A stretch of 64,000 bases of DNA from the NCBI GenBank assembly GCA_028140795.1, contig JAOIOW010000003.1:60663-124662 (forward strand), written 5' to 3'. Position numbers and translations under genes: made by a program. This stretch comes from Fidelibacterota bacterium. GTDB taxonomy: Bacteria > Fidelibacterota > Marinisomatia > Marinisomatales > Marinisomataceae. Under the pieces are notes generated by a model that ran no database searches, was not told the origin of the DNA, and saw nothing but the letters and a program-made list of their open reading frames with translations. Shown one piece after another: positions 26,360-36,073 of the stretch (position 1 is its first letter; every line of letters starts with the position of its first letter).

Positions 26360-28213
26360 ATGGGTCTTATAACAAATATGAGAAGTAGAATGCAAGTAGT
26401 AATGTGGACTATTCTTGTCCTCTTTGTTACTAGTATGGCAATTGGTGGTCTAGTTGGTGGTGCCAGCATTACTGATATTTTTGGTGGTCGCCAAGGTAAT
26501 GAAGTTGGTTCATTAAACGGAAAACCAATATTATTTGAAGATTTTAATCAATTAGTTTCTAATGAAATTAATAGACTAGATCAACAATCAGGTCGTTTAA
26601 TTTCCGACGAGGAAAGAGAATATATCAGAGCTGTTGTATGGGAGCGATTAATTGCTGATTTAATAGTACAAGAGCAAATTGAAAAAAATAAAATTGTAGT
26701 TGGAGACGAAGAAGTTTTATTTCAAATGAAAAATAATCCTCCTCCATTTCTACAAAACTCAGATGCCTTTCAATCATTTGGAAGATTTGATTTAGAAAAA
26801 TATTTAGATGCTGTTCTAAACCCTAGTCAAATTGATTGGAAACCAATTGAAGACTTCATGCAGAATGTGTATTTACCTAGCTATAAACTACAACAATATG
26901 TTTCTAATGCAGCTGCTATTACGTCAAACGATGTGTTAGAAGACTACAAAAAAAGATTTTTAAACTATAAAGTTGAAATTCTTCATGTTACTGAAAAGGC
27001 AATTGATCAGGATTTTTATAACGGATTATTAGCAGATAGACCATCAGACGATGAATTACGCAATCTTTATAATGAAAATATTTCAGACTATGACCAACCT
27101 GAGTTAAGATATTTAAAGTATGTCAAGTGGCCAATTATGTCTAATGCAACTGATACATTGCGCGTTAAACTTGAAGCTGAAGATTTAATTTTTAGATTAA
27201 ATGAAGGTGAAGATTTTGCTTTATTAGCTAATACTTATACTGAAGATCCAAGCAATAGTGCTGATCCTCAAAATCTAAAAGGTGGAAGTCTAGGATGGTT
27301 TAATAAAGGACAGTTATTGCCTGAGTTTGAAATAGCATCCTTTGAAGCTGAAAAAGGATCAATTGTTGGCCCAATTTTAACAGAATATGGATATCATGTA
27401 ATAAAAGTTAATGATAAACGTACTGTGGACAGTAATGAGCAAGTTAATGCCTCTCATATTCTTTTAACTATTCAACCTGGAAGAGGTACTGAAAACGAAC
27501 TTAAAGATACTGCAAGTATATTTGCCTTAGAAGCAACCGAATATGGATTTTTTGCATTAGCTGATTCATTGGGCTTAGAAATTCAAGACTCTAATGGTCT
27601 AAGAAAAGAGTCAATTTTTGTTGATAATTTTGGAGTTGGAAGAAGTGCAGTAAATTTTGCGTTCAATAATGTTGAAGGTTCAACTTCTGATGCTATTAAA
27701 AATGATAATTTCTTTGGGGTATTTTTTCTTGATAAAGTTAGTAAAGAAACAGTTATATCTTTTGAAGAGGTTAAAGAAGATTTGAAAAATGAATTTTTAT
27801 CTGATTTCAAAAAAAATCATATTAAAACTTTAGCCGAATCCATTAAAGATAATTATAAAGGCGAAATGGACCTTTCAGCGATATTTCAAAATAATGAAAA
27901 TCTCGAATACGTTGCTGAAGCAAATTCAGCTTTAATTGGAAGTTTTGAATCTATTGGTAAGAGTAACTTCATAGTAGGTGCCCTAGCTAATGCTAAAGAA
28001 GGTGATATTATTGGTCCTCTTCCAACTTTAAGGGGTCAAGCATTTTTAAAAGTAATTGATATCGCTGATGTTGTAGTTAGTGATTTTGAAGAAAAGAAAG
28101 ATGCTATAAGATTTAGTTTACTTATTGATAGACAGAATGCTATTTGGGGTAATTGGCTACAAGCTTTAAGAGATAATGCTGATCTTAAAGATTATAGATA
28201 CGATTTTTATTAA
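26360..28213 (+). CDS. ppiD: Periplasmic chaperone / parvulin-type peptidyl-prolyl isomerase PpiD-like
   Basis: N-terminal TM anchor, SurA_N-like region, and parvulin domain 'LGWFNKGQLLPEFE...GYHVIKV'. Confidence 0.8.
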   Translation: MGLITNMRSRMQVVMWTILVLFVTSMAIGGLVGGASITDIFGGRQGNEVGSLNGKPILFEDFNQLVSNEINRLDQQSGRLISDEEREYIRAVVWERLIADLIVQEQIEKNKIVVGDEEVLFQMKNNPPPFLQNSDAFQSFGRFDLEKYLDAVLNPSQIDWKPIEDFMQNVYLPSYKLQQYVSNAAAITSNDVLEDYKKRFLNYKVEILHVTEKAIDQDFYNGLLADRPSDDELRNLYNENISDYDQPELRYLKYVKWPIMSNATDTLRVKLEAEDLIFRLNEGEDFALLANTYTEDPSNSADPQNLKGGSLGWFNKGQLLPEFEIASFEAEKGSIVGPILTEYGYHVIKVNDKRTVDSNEQVNASHILLTIQPGRGTENELKDTASIFALEATEYGFFALADSLGLEIQDSNGLRKESIFVDNFGVGRSAVNFAFNNVEGSTSDAIKNDNFFGVFFLDKVSKETVISFEEVKEDLKNEFLSDFKKNHIKTLAESIKDNYKGEMDLSAIFQNNENLEYVAEANSALIGSFESIGKSNFIVGALANAKEGDIIGPLPTLRGQAFLKVIDIADVVVSDFEEKKDAIRFSLLIDRQNAIWGNWLQALRDNADLKDYRYDFY

Positions 28214-29154
28214 TCTTCTCTAAAAACACCAAGCTTATCATATCTTGAAACTCTAGATTCCAAGAAATCACTACTCAAGTTATTTTGCAATTCTTTGATT
28301 TCGCTTAAAATTGTTTCCTTAAGAATGTCTGCAGTAGCATCAAAATGTCTGTGTGCACCTCCAGAAGGCTCGTAAACGATCATATTACAAATATTATGTT
28401 CCATCAAATCTTTAGGAGTGAGCTTTAAGGATTTAGCAGCTTCTGGTGCTTTTGAAGAGTCTTTCCATAAAATAGATGCACAACCCTCAGGACTGATAAC
28501 AGAAAACCAAGTATTCTCAAGCATAATCATCTTATCGCAAAGTCCAATGCCTAATGCGCCACCGCTAGCTCCCTCTCCAATGACAATTGATAAAATTTGA
28601 GTTTTAATTGAAGCCATTTCAAAAAGATTATTTGCTATAGCATACCCTTGTCCCCTTTCTTCAGCTCCAATACCTGGGTCAGCTCCAGGGGTGTCAATCA
28701 ATGTAATTATAGGCAATTTAAATTTCTCAGCTAACTTCATAACTCTTAATGCTTTTCTATAACCTTCAGGTTTCATCATTCCAAAATTTCTAAAAATATT
28801 ATCTTTAGTATTTCTTCCTTTTTGTTGACCAATAATAGCAACCTTTACTTTGTCGATGATTCCAATTCCTGCTACAACTGCGTTGTCATCTGAAAAAGCT
28901 TTGTCTCCATGTAATTCTGTGAAATTATCACACCAAGCATTGATGTAATCAAGGGTATAAGGTCTATTAGGATGTCTGGCTAGTTGGACAGTCTCCCAAG
29001 GAGATAAATCTGTAAAAATTTCTTTTTCTAAATTTTCCCTTTCAGCAATTAAATCTTTTAATTGTTTTGAATCAGATTCGGATGTTGTCAATTTTTCAAT
29101 TTCAAAATCTAAATCTTTTAACGGTTTTTCAAATGGTAAATAATGTCTTTTCAT
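28210..29154 (-). CDS. accA: Acetyl-CoA carboxylase carboxyltransferase alpha subunit
   Basis: 'LDFEKP'-like N-terminus, 'ARHPNRPY' and 'IDTPGADPG..AEERGQ' motifs. I place the start at ATG 29154, in an ATGA overlap with the upstream stop. Confidence 0.92.
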   Translation of the reverse strand: MKRHYLPFEKPLKDLDFEIEKLTTSESDSKQLKDLIAERENLEKEIFTDLSPWETVQLARHPNRPYTLDYINAWCDNFTELHGDKAFSDDNAVVAGIGIIDKVKVAIIGQQKGRNTKDNIFRNFGMMKPEGYRKALRVMKLAEKFKLPIITLIDTPGADPGIGAEERGQGYAIANNLFEMASIKTQILSIVIGEGASGGALGIGLCDKMIMLENTWFSVISPEGCASILWKDSSKAPEAAKSLKLTPKDLMEHNICNMIVYEPSGGAHRHFDATADILKETILSEIKELQNNLSSDFLESRVSRYDKLGVFRED

Positions 29155-29861
29155 CTTTTTAACCTTAGCAGTCGCCATAAACCAAACAACCAAACCTTAA
29201 ATACTGCCTCTATCATTACAGTTTTACTCATTTTTGACTCTCCAACAGTTCGGTCTGTAAAAACTATAGGATGCTCAATCAACTTACAACCTTTTTGAAA
29301 AGCTCTAAAGGAAGTCTCAATTTGAAAACAATATCCCTGTGAAGAACATTCATGAAAATTAATTCTATTTAAAGTATCTTTTGTCCAGCCCTTGAATCCA
29401 GCTGTCAAGTCTTTAACAGGAACACCAGTAATAATTCTTGCATAAATATTAGCAAAATAACTGATATACAACCTTCTGATAGGCCAATTAATTACTCTCA
29501 AACCTCCTTCATACCTACTACCAATAACAAGGTCATTACTTTCCAATAAATTCAACATAGGATTTATTTCTTTAGGATCGTGTGATAAGTCTGCATCCAT
29601 TTGAATTATTTTTTGATAGTTATTTTTTAAAGACCATGAAAAGCCTTCAACATATGCTGAGCCTAAACCTTTTTTTGATTTACGCTCAATTATGAAAATT
29701 TTTTCATTATTTAAGTCTTTAACAATTTTTGCAGTCCCATCAGGAGAATTATCGTCGATGATAAGAATATTTAAATCATCTCTTTGGGCTAAAACTAAAT
29801 TGATAGTTTGAACAATATTTTTTGATTCATTGTAAGTTGGTAGGATAACTAAGTTTTTCAT
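29151..29861 (-). CDS. GT2 polyprenol-phosphate mannosyl/glycosyltransferase (DPM1-like)
   Basis: 'ILPTYNES', 'IDDNSPDGT', 'GLGSAY' and 'QMDADLSHDP' motifs. Confidence 0.85.
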   Translation of the reverse strand: MKNLVILPTYNESKNIVQTINLVLAQRDDLNILIIDDNSPDGTAKIVKDLNNEKIFIIERKSKKGLGSAYVEGFSWSLKNNYQKIIQMDADLSHDPKEINPMLNLLESNDLVIGSRYEGGLRVINWPIRRLYISYFANIYARIITGVPVKDLTAGFKGWTKDTLNRINFHECSSQGYCFQIETSFRAFQKGCKLIEHPIVFTDRTVGESKMSKTVMIEAVFKVWLFGLWRLLRLKR

Positions 29862-30851
29862 TTAATTTATATCTATTGTTTTAACAATCATTTCCATTTG
29901 GCGCATATAAAATGCTTTTTTTCCTCCAGGATTAAAAACTATATAACTTATATAAAAGGTTCTATCATTTTCATAATCATAAAAGATATATCCTTGAAAA
30001 GGACCGCCTTTAGCATCATCAATTGATTCCCATAAACCAAAAATTCTATAAGCTGATTCATCATTGAAATCATCAAATTCAATATTCAAATAATCTTGAT
30101 TGTATTGTATAGAACTAAAATGCTCTTGAGGAAATTCTACGAGATATTCTAAAGCATCTTCCTTGCTAAAATGATTTCCATCTCTCCAATGAACAGCAAT
30201 CCATCTAAATGGAAGTTCTTGCCCAATCCAAAAAAATGATTTATCACTATCATTTCTTATCAATTCCCATCCCCATGGAATTTTCATTGTCCAATCATAT
30301 GATCTATAGATTTCTGACTCTAATTCTTCCTGTCTTTCATTTTCTAAGAAATATTGAGCTTGTTTTTTGAAAAAATTTTCGTCGAATTGCTGTTTAATAA
30401 AAGTGCTATTCTGAAGTAGGTAATCGTTTATTTGCTCATAATCATTACCACTTATAATCATAAATAATTGATTTTTAGCGAATTGATTTCTTGATAAAAT
30501 TAAAGGAGTATCATTTAGTGTTTTTTTAAATGCGCTTTCTCCTAACAAATCTTTGGTTAGCTTAGTTGCAGGATTTAGCTCATAATCACCAATAGATGCA
30601 ATGACAAGATTTGTCTGAGTTTTAAGCGCTGAAAAGCTCTCTGGTTCAGCAAATTTAATATTATAGAATAATTCAGGAGATGGGGTTAAAAGAGTATCAT
30701 TGAAAACAATGGATAATAAAGAACTTATTTTTTCTCTATCTTCCTTTGCAGCAAGTACAACAATATCATCGTTTCCACCAATAGCATCTCGTTTATAATC
30801 GCAGGCTTGAGATATAAATAAAAATATTAAAATTATTAATATTCTATTCAT
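29862..30851 (-). CDS. Lipoprotein, DUF4837-like (family assignment tentative)
   Basis: Lipobox 'FISQAC' follows MNRILIILIFL. The start is chosen at 30851 to avoid overlap with the upstream gene. The DUF4837 resemblance is from memory only. Confidence 0.55.
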   Translation of the reverse strand: MNRILIILIFLFISQACDYKRDAIGGNDDIVVLAAKEDREKISSLLSIVFNDTLLTPSPELFYNIKFAEPESFSALKTQTNLVIASIGDYELNPATKLTKDLLGESAFKKTLNDTPLILSRNQFAKNQLFMIISGNDYEQINDYLLQNSTFIKQQFDENFFKKQAQYFLENERQEELESEIYRSYDWTMKIPWGWELIRNDSDKSFFWIGQELPFRWIAVHWRDGNHFSKEDALEYLVEFPQEHFSSIQYNQDYLNIEFDDFNDESAYRIFGLWESIDDAKGGPFQGYIFYDYENDRTFYISYIVFNPGGKKAFYMRQMEMIVKTIDIN

Positions 30852-31569
30852 CTCTAATCCTTTGAAACTCATAGATAACAACTAAAATAATTGATAATAG
30901 CAAAAAAGCTATCATTGGCTCCCAAGTGATGAAAGGATATCTAACAAATCTATCACTTGCAGTTGGTGGTGGCTGAACCACAGAATCTTGAGTGCTTATA
31001 TTTGCAGCATATTCAATTGACGTATTTCCATGTGGATTATAATAACTTAAATTAATCTCTGTCGATGATGATTCTGAAAAATCATTAATAATTCCCTGAA
31101 AAAATGTTAGACCATTTTGATCTCTAACTCTTTCAAGAGAAAAACCTTCAGCATTAACCGTAAAATCTTCTGAAGCAAAAGGTATTTGTACTCCAAGAAT
31201 AAAAGTTTTAATTATTTGGTTCGACCCAAAATCATATGAAAATCTTCTTGGACCAGGATCTTTGATAAATCTATCCAAAAATAAATAAATAGTATGGTTT
31301 CCATCCTGATTGATAGCTTGCAAAGAATTTTCATTTGTTTTCAAAATTTGTTCAAATTCTAACCCGTCTCCAGAAACTGTATAAAGCACAGAATCTATAT
31401 CTGAAGATACAGGGAATCCAATTTCATCACTTCCAAATTTATCAAACTTATATTCTATTGCTACTCCGGGATAAGAGAATTCAGGATAAATTGTTACTGA
31501 TAACGTATCAATAGTTGTTTGAGCAAAAATTTGGCTTATCAACATCAAATAAAAACATATTTTTTTCAT
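30844..31569 (-). CDS. Exported protein with C-terminal membrane anchor, unknown function
   Basis: Signal peptide MKKICFYLMLISQIFAQ and C-terminal TM 'MIAFLLLSIILVVIY'. Confidence 0.55.
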   Translation of the reverse strand: MKKICFYLMLISQIFAQTTIDTLSVTIYPEFSYPGVAIEYKFDKFGSDEIGFPVSSDIDSVLYTVSGDGLEFEQILKTNENSLQAINQDGNHTIYLFLDRFIKDPGPRRFSYDFGSNQIIKTFILGVQIPFASEDFTVNAEGFSLERVRDQNGLTFFQGIINDFSESSSTEINLSYYNPHGNTSIEYAANISTQDSVVQPPPTASDRFVRYPFITWEPMIAFLLLSIILVVIYEFQRIRDE

Positions 31570-31572
31570 AGG

Positions 31573-32268
31573 CTAAGTTAATTGAAAAATAACAAATAAA
31601 TCATAAAATGCATGAGTTAAAGCAACAATACCGAAACCGCGTTTTATATATATCAACGATAAATAAACACCAGCAATAAATCTTAAAGTAAATGATAATG
31701 GAGTAAATGACTCGATTCCAATATAATGAAATGATGAAAACAGAATTGAACTAAAAATAATCGATAGAATTAGAGAAGAAGATTCATTGGTTTTGAAAAT
31801 GAATGAAAATGATTTTGTTAAAATAAATAACAATAAAAAACGGAAAATAAGCTCTTCATACAACCCTGCCCCAATTGATAAAATGATATTATTTATTACA
31901 TTAGTTGTCAAACCTTGAATTAGATAGATATTTTGAAGAACTAACAATAAAACACCTGCATAAAGCAAAGATTCTATAATCATAATTGAAATATATTTAA
32001 TAGATATATCAAACGTTTTAAAATTTTTTCTTTGACTGAAAAGAACAAAAAAAAGTACAATTATAAAAATAGAACTAGCTGCATAGTATCCGTTCAATCC
32101 TAGCATTTTAATAAATTCTTCAATTAAAACATCTGCTCCGTTTTTAGAAAACGCTATATCTGCTTTGAACAAAAAGAAAATTCCGATTTCATAAATTATA
32201 AAGAGAGGTAAAGTGACAAGTAAGCTATAAAATAAAGATTTAGATTTAAAAAAATATTCAGAAAACAT
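31573..32268 (-). CDS. CPBP-family intramembrane glutamic endopeptidase (CAAX protease-like)
   Basis: 'EELIFRFLL', 'FHY' and 'HAFYD' motifs in a polytopic protein. The start is probably ATG 32268, just after the lepA stop; the track gives 32313. Confidence 0.75.
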   Translation of the reverse strand: MFSEYFFKSKSLFYSLLVTLPLFIIYEIGIFFLFKADIAFSKNGADVLIEEFIKMLGLNGYYAASSIFIIVLFFVLFSQRKNFKTFDISIKYISIMIIESLLYAGVLLLVLQNIYLIQGLTTNVINNIILSIGAGLYEELIFRFLLLFILTKSFSFIFKTNESSSLILSIIFSSILFSSFHYIGIESFTPLSFTLRFIAGVYLSLIYIKRGFGIVALTHAFYDLFVIFQLT

Positions 32269-32269
32269 G

Positions 32270-34054
32270 CTATATTTTAAGAACTGCCAATAGGGCTTCC
32301 TGAGGAACTTCAACCCTTCCGATCATTCGCATTCTTTTTTTACCCTTTTTCTGCTTTTGAAGTAATTTATTTTTTCTAGTAACATCTCCACCGTAGAGTT
32401 TTTCAGTAACATTTTTTCTAAACGGAGCAATATTAGTTCTTGCAATAACCCTTGATCCAATTGAAGCTTGAATAGGGATTTGAATTTGATGCCTTGGAAT
32501 TAACTCCTTTAATTTCTGGCATAAGGCTAAACCTCTATGATAAGAGTCTTTCTTGGCACATATCATTGATAATGCATCAACAGGTTCTTTATTTATTAAA
32601 ATATCTAGCTTATCGAGTTTGCTAGTTTGATATTCTTTAAATGTGTAGTCAAATGAGGCGTAACCTTTTGAGCCGGATTTCATTTTATCATAAAAATCAA
32701 AAAGAATTTCACCTAAAGGTAGTTCATATATAAGTTGCACTTTTGATTTAGATAAATATTGAGTGGATTTGTATTTCCCTCTTTTCTCTTCACATATCTT
32801 CATTACATTACCTATATAATCAACAGGAGTAAGAATTTCTGCTGTAACAATAGGCTCCATTAAACTTTCAAGGAATTTTGGTTCAGGTAATAAAGCAGGA
32901 CGTTGAACCTCAACCTGAGAACCATCTTTTAGATTAGCCAAATATTTTACATTTGGACTGGTGGTAACAATTGAAAGGTCAAACTCCCTTTCCAATCTCT
33001 CTTGAATAATTTCCATATGAAGCAACCCAAGGAATCCACATCTATAACCAAAACCAAGCGCATCACTTACCTCTGGTTCAAAAGATAGCGAAGCATCATT
33101 CAGCTTAAGTTTTTCAAGTGCAGTTCGTAAATCGTCATAATCTCCAGCATCCGATGGAAAAAGACCTGAAAAAACCATAGGTTTTATCTTTTGGAATCCA
33201 GGTAAAGGGTTTTTGCAAGGCTTGTTAAAATTTGTGACGGTATCTCCAGCCAAAACATGTTCAATATCTCTGACATTCGCTATTATATATCCTACTTCTC
33301 CAGCTTTAATGGAATCTGCTTTTTTTCTTTCAATAACAAAATGGCCTACTTCATCTACATCATAGTGTGTATTATGGGCGAAAAACTTAATTCTACTACC
33401 TTTTTTCAATGAACCTTCGTAAACCCTTACATAAGCAACAACTCCTCTATATCTATCATATATTGAGTCAAAAATTAAACCTTTAAATTCTTCATTTTTT
33501 GGTTCGTCTGGAGGAGGAATTTTATCAATGATTGTAGTTAAAATATCTTCAATTCCTTCTCCTGTTTTAGCGCTTGCTAGCAAAATATCATCCTTTGAAC
33601 AACCGACTAGTTCAATAATTTGAGACGTAACATTTTCGATATCGGCATTAGGTAAATCAACTTTATTTATAACAGGGATAATTTCTAAATCATTATCAAT
33701 AGCTAATAAATAATTTGTGACAGTTTGAGCTTCTATTCCTTGAGCTGCATCTACAATTAACAATGCACCTTCACTAGCAGACAGTGTTCTTGAAACTTCA
33801 TAAGTGAAATCAACATGTCCTGGCGTATCAATTAAATTTAAAATATGTCCATTATAATCAATGCGAATCGAATGACTTTTAATGGTAATACCTCTTTCTC
33901 TTTCCAATTCCATATTATCTAAAACTTGATCTTGCATCTTTTTCTTTGAAATGGTTCCAGTATGCTCAAGAAGTCTGTCGGCAAGTGTGGACTTACCGTG
34001 ATCTATATGTGCAATAATACAGAAATTTCTGATAGGTTTTGTCGTACTACTCAT
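32270..34054 (-). CDS. lepA: Elongation factor 4
   Basis: 'IAHIDHGKST', 'DTPGHVDF', 'NKVDL' and a LepA-type C-terminus. Confidence 0.97.
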   Translation of the reverse strand: MSSTTKPIRNFCIIAHIDHGKSTLADRLLEHTGTISKKKMQDQVLDNMELERERGITIKSHSIRIDYNGHILNLIDTPGHVDFTYEVSRTLSASEGALLIVDAAQGIEAQTVTNYLLAIDNDLEIIPVINKVDLPNADIENVTSQIIELVGCSKDDILLASAKTGEGIEDILTTIIDKIPPPDEPKNEEFKGLIFDSIYDRYRGVVAYVRVYEGSLKKGSRIKFFAHNTHYDVDEVGHFVIERKKADSIKAGEVGYIIANVRDIEHVLAGDTVTNFNKPCKNPLPGFQKIKPMVFSGLFPSDAGDYDDLRTALEKLKLNDASLSFEPEVSDALGFGYRCGFLGLLHMEIIQERLEREFDLSIVTTSPNVKYLANLKDGSQVEVQRPALLPEPKFLESLMEPIVTAEILTPVDYIGNVMKICEEKRGKYKSTQYLSKSKVQLIYELPLGEILFDFYDKMKSGSKGYASFDYTFKEYQTSKLDKLDILINKEPVDALSMICAKKDSYHRGLALCQKLKELIPRHQIQIPIQASIGSRVIARTNIAPFRKNVTEKLYGGDVTRKNKLLQKQKKGKKRMRMIGRVEVPQEALLAVLKI

Positions 34055-35630
34055 GAAAATGATTTACAATTGGTATTCTTCTTCCAATACCAAAAGCTTT
34101 TTTACTTACTCTAAGAACCGGAGCAGCTTGTCTTCTTTTATGTTCATTAATATTTATCTTCTTTTTTAAACTTAAATATTGTTCATTTTGCTCATTTCCA
34201 TCTCCGAAAACAATTTTATCTACGATGGGACTAATTAAATCATAATCAAATGGATCAACCTGATCAGGAGCAAGCTCTGCTGATGGTTCTTTATTTATAA
34301 TATTGTTAGGAATAGTTTCATTATATTGATTAATCCACTTTGAAAGCTCATATACTTCAGTTTTATTTAAATCTCCAATAGCTGATAACCCACCACTCAT
34401 ATCTCCGTATAAAGTACAATATCCAAGCGCCAATTCTGTTTTATTTCCTGTAGATAAAACTAAGGAGCCAAACTTGTTTGAAAATGCCATTAAAATATTT
34501 CCCCTTATTCTTGATTGAATATTTTCTTCAGCAACATTTGGATTTGACCCATCAAAATGTACATTCATAACATCTAAATAAGCTTGAAATAAGCTATCAA
34601 TGTCTACTGTTTTAAAATTTGCATCAAGATTTTTAGCTAATTGTTTCGCATCACTTTTACTATGATCACTTGAAAACCTTGAAGGCATTGAAATCAAAGA
34701 TACATTTTCTGAACCAAGAGCATCTACAGCAAGACAAGCTACCAACGCTGAATCAATACCTCCACTTAGTCCAATAACAGCTTTTTCATGTCCTGTTTTA
34801 ATGAAATAATCCTTAATTCCTAAAGATAATGCCTTAAATAACTGCTCATTTGGAGAAATATTTTCAATTAATTCTTTTGTTTTGAGATCGGTTATTAGAA
34901 TTTGTTCTTCAAAAGCATTAGCAATGTCAATTAATTCTGATTCGCTGTTAAAAACCATTGAGAAACCATCAAAAATCAATTCATCTTGGCCACCAACAAG
35001 ATTACAATAAATAAATGGACAATTTGCATCCTTGTACTTGCTTTGAATTAATTTCATCCTGTCATTTTTTCTGTCTTTTGCAAATGGAGAAGCTGAAATA
35101 TTAATAATTAAATCAGGGTTATTTTCAATAATTTCTTCAGATATTTTTCGTTCATATTCATCTTCCCATAAATCTTCACAAATTTGTAACGCAATTTTAT
35201 AATCAGAATTATTTACTTTTAAATCAAATATTCCAACTGAATCACCGCTATGAAAATATCTTCTTTCATCAAATACATCATAATTTGGTAAATGAATTTT
35301 GTGATATTTATAAACTATTTCTCCATCTTGGCACACAGCAGCTGCATTGAATTTTTTATTATCCTCAAAATCAACATAACCCAAAATACATGGAATGGTT
35401 ATTGACTTAACAAGCTCATTTAAGCAGGAAATATTTTGACTAATAAATTCTTTATTATTGAGTAAATCTTGAGGGGGATATCCTGTTATGGACATTTCTG
35501 GAAAGACCACTAAGTCTGCACCTTTTTCTACTGCGGATTTATAGTTTTTAGAAATTATATCAATATTTTTTTGAAAATTTCCTAATGTAGGGTTTATTTG
35601 ACAAACTGCAACATTTAATGCTTTAGACAC
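34047..35630 (-). CDS. nadE: Glutamine-dependent NAD+ synthetase
   Basis: N-terminal CN-hydrolase domain ('VFPEMSITGY', 'ICEDLW') plus synthetase domain with 'GLSGGIDS'. Confidence 0.93.
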   Translation of the reverse strand: MSKALNVAVCQINPTLGNFQKNIDIISKNYKSAVEKGADLVVFPEMSITGYPPQDLLNNKEFISQNISCLNELVKSITIPCILGYVDFEDNKKFNAAAVCQDGEIVYKYHKIHLPNYDVFDERRYFHSGDSVGIFDLKVNNSDYKIALQICEDLWEDEYERKISEEIIENNPDLIINISASPFAKDRKNDRMKLIQSKYKDANCPFIYCNLVGGQDELIFDGFSMVFNSESELIDIANAFEEQILITDLKTKELIENISPNEQLFKALSLGIKDYFIKTGHEKAVIGLSGGIDSALVACLAVDALGSENVSLISMPSRFSSDHSKSDAKQLAKNLDANFKTVDIDSLFQAYLDVMNVHFDGSNPNVAEENIQSRIRGNILMAFSNKFGSLVLSTGNKTELALGYCTLYGDMSGGLSAIGDLNKTEVYELSKWINQYNETIPNNIINKEPSAELAPDQVDPFDYDLISPIVDKIVFGDGNEQNEQYLSLKKKININEHKRRQAAPVLRVSKKAFGIGRRIPIVNHFHE

Positions 35631-36073
35631 TTATCTACTTCCTCAATTAAAGAATCTATAGTTTTAACTTGAATTGATTTTGGAATATCCCAACTATTAT
35701 AAGCAATTAATTGCTTTTCTTGAGCTAATGTGAAGGCTATTTCACTAAGTGTTCCATAGGCTCCAGAAATTGCAACACCTAAATCGCAATTATAGCTAAT
35801 TAAGGCATTTCTAGTTATATCCAATCCAGTTGAAATTGGAATACTGAGATATTCATTTCCAGTTTTAAAATCTTTATCTTTTAAAATTCCAATACATGTT
35901 CCACCGCCAAGTGATACGCCTTTAGCAATAGCTTCCATTACACCTTCACCGCCGCCGCAGAAAACCAACCAATTTTTTTTGGCCATTCGTTTCCCAATTT
36001 CTATAGTATCTTTATAAATTTCTTCTGAAATAAACCTTCCTCCAAAAACAGCAATTCTTCCATCAAATTTCAT
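35615..36073 (-). CDS. LOG/TIGR00725-family Rossmann protein
   Basis: 'IAVFGG', 'VFCGGGEGVMEAIAKG' and 'GAYGTLSEI' motifs. The start is probably ATG 36073, in a TAATG overlap with the asnS stop. Confidence 0.7.
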   Translation of the reverse strand: MKFDGRIAVFGGRFISEEIYKDTIEIGKRMAKKNWLVFCGGGEGVMEAIAKGVSLGGGTCIGILKDKDFKTGNEYLSIPISTGLDITRNALISYNCDLGVAISGAYGTLSEIAFTLAQEKQLIAYNSWDIPKSIQVKTIDSLIEEVDKCLKH

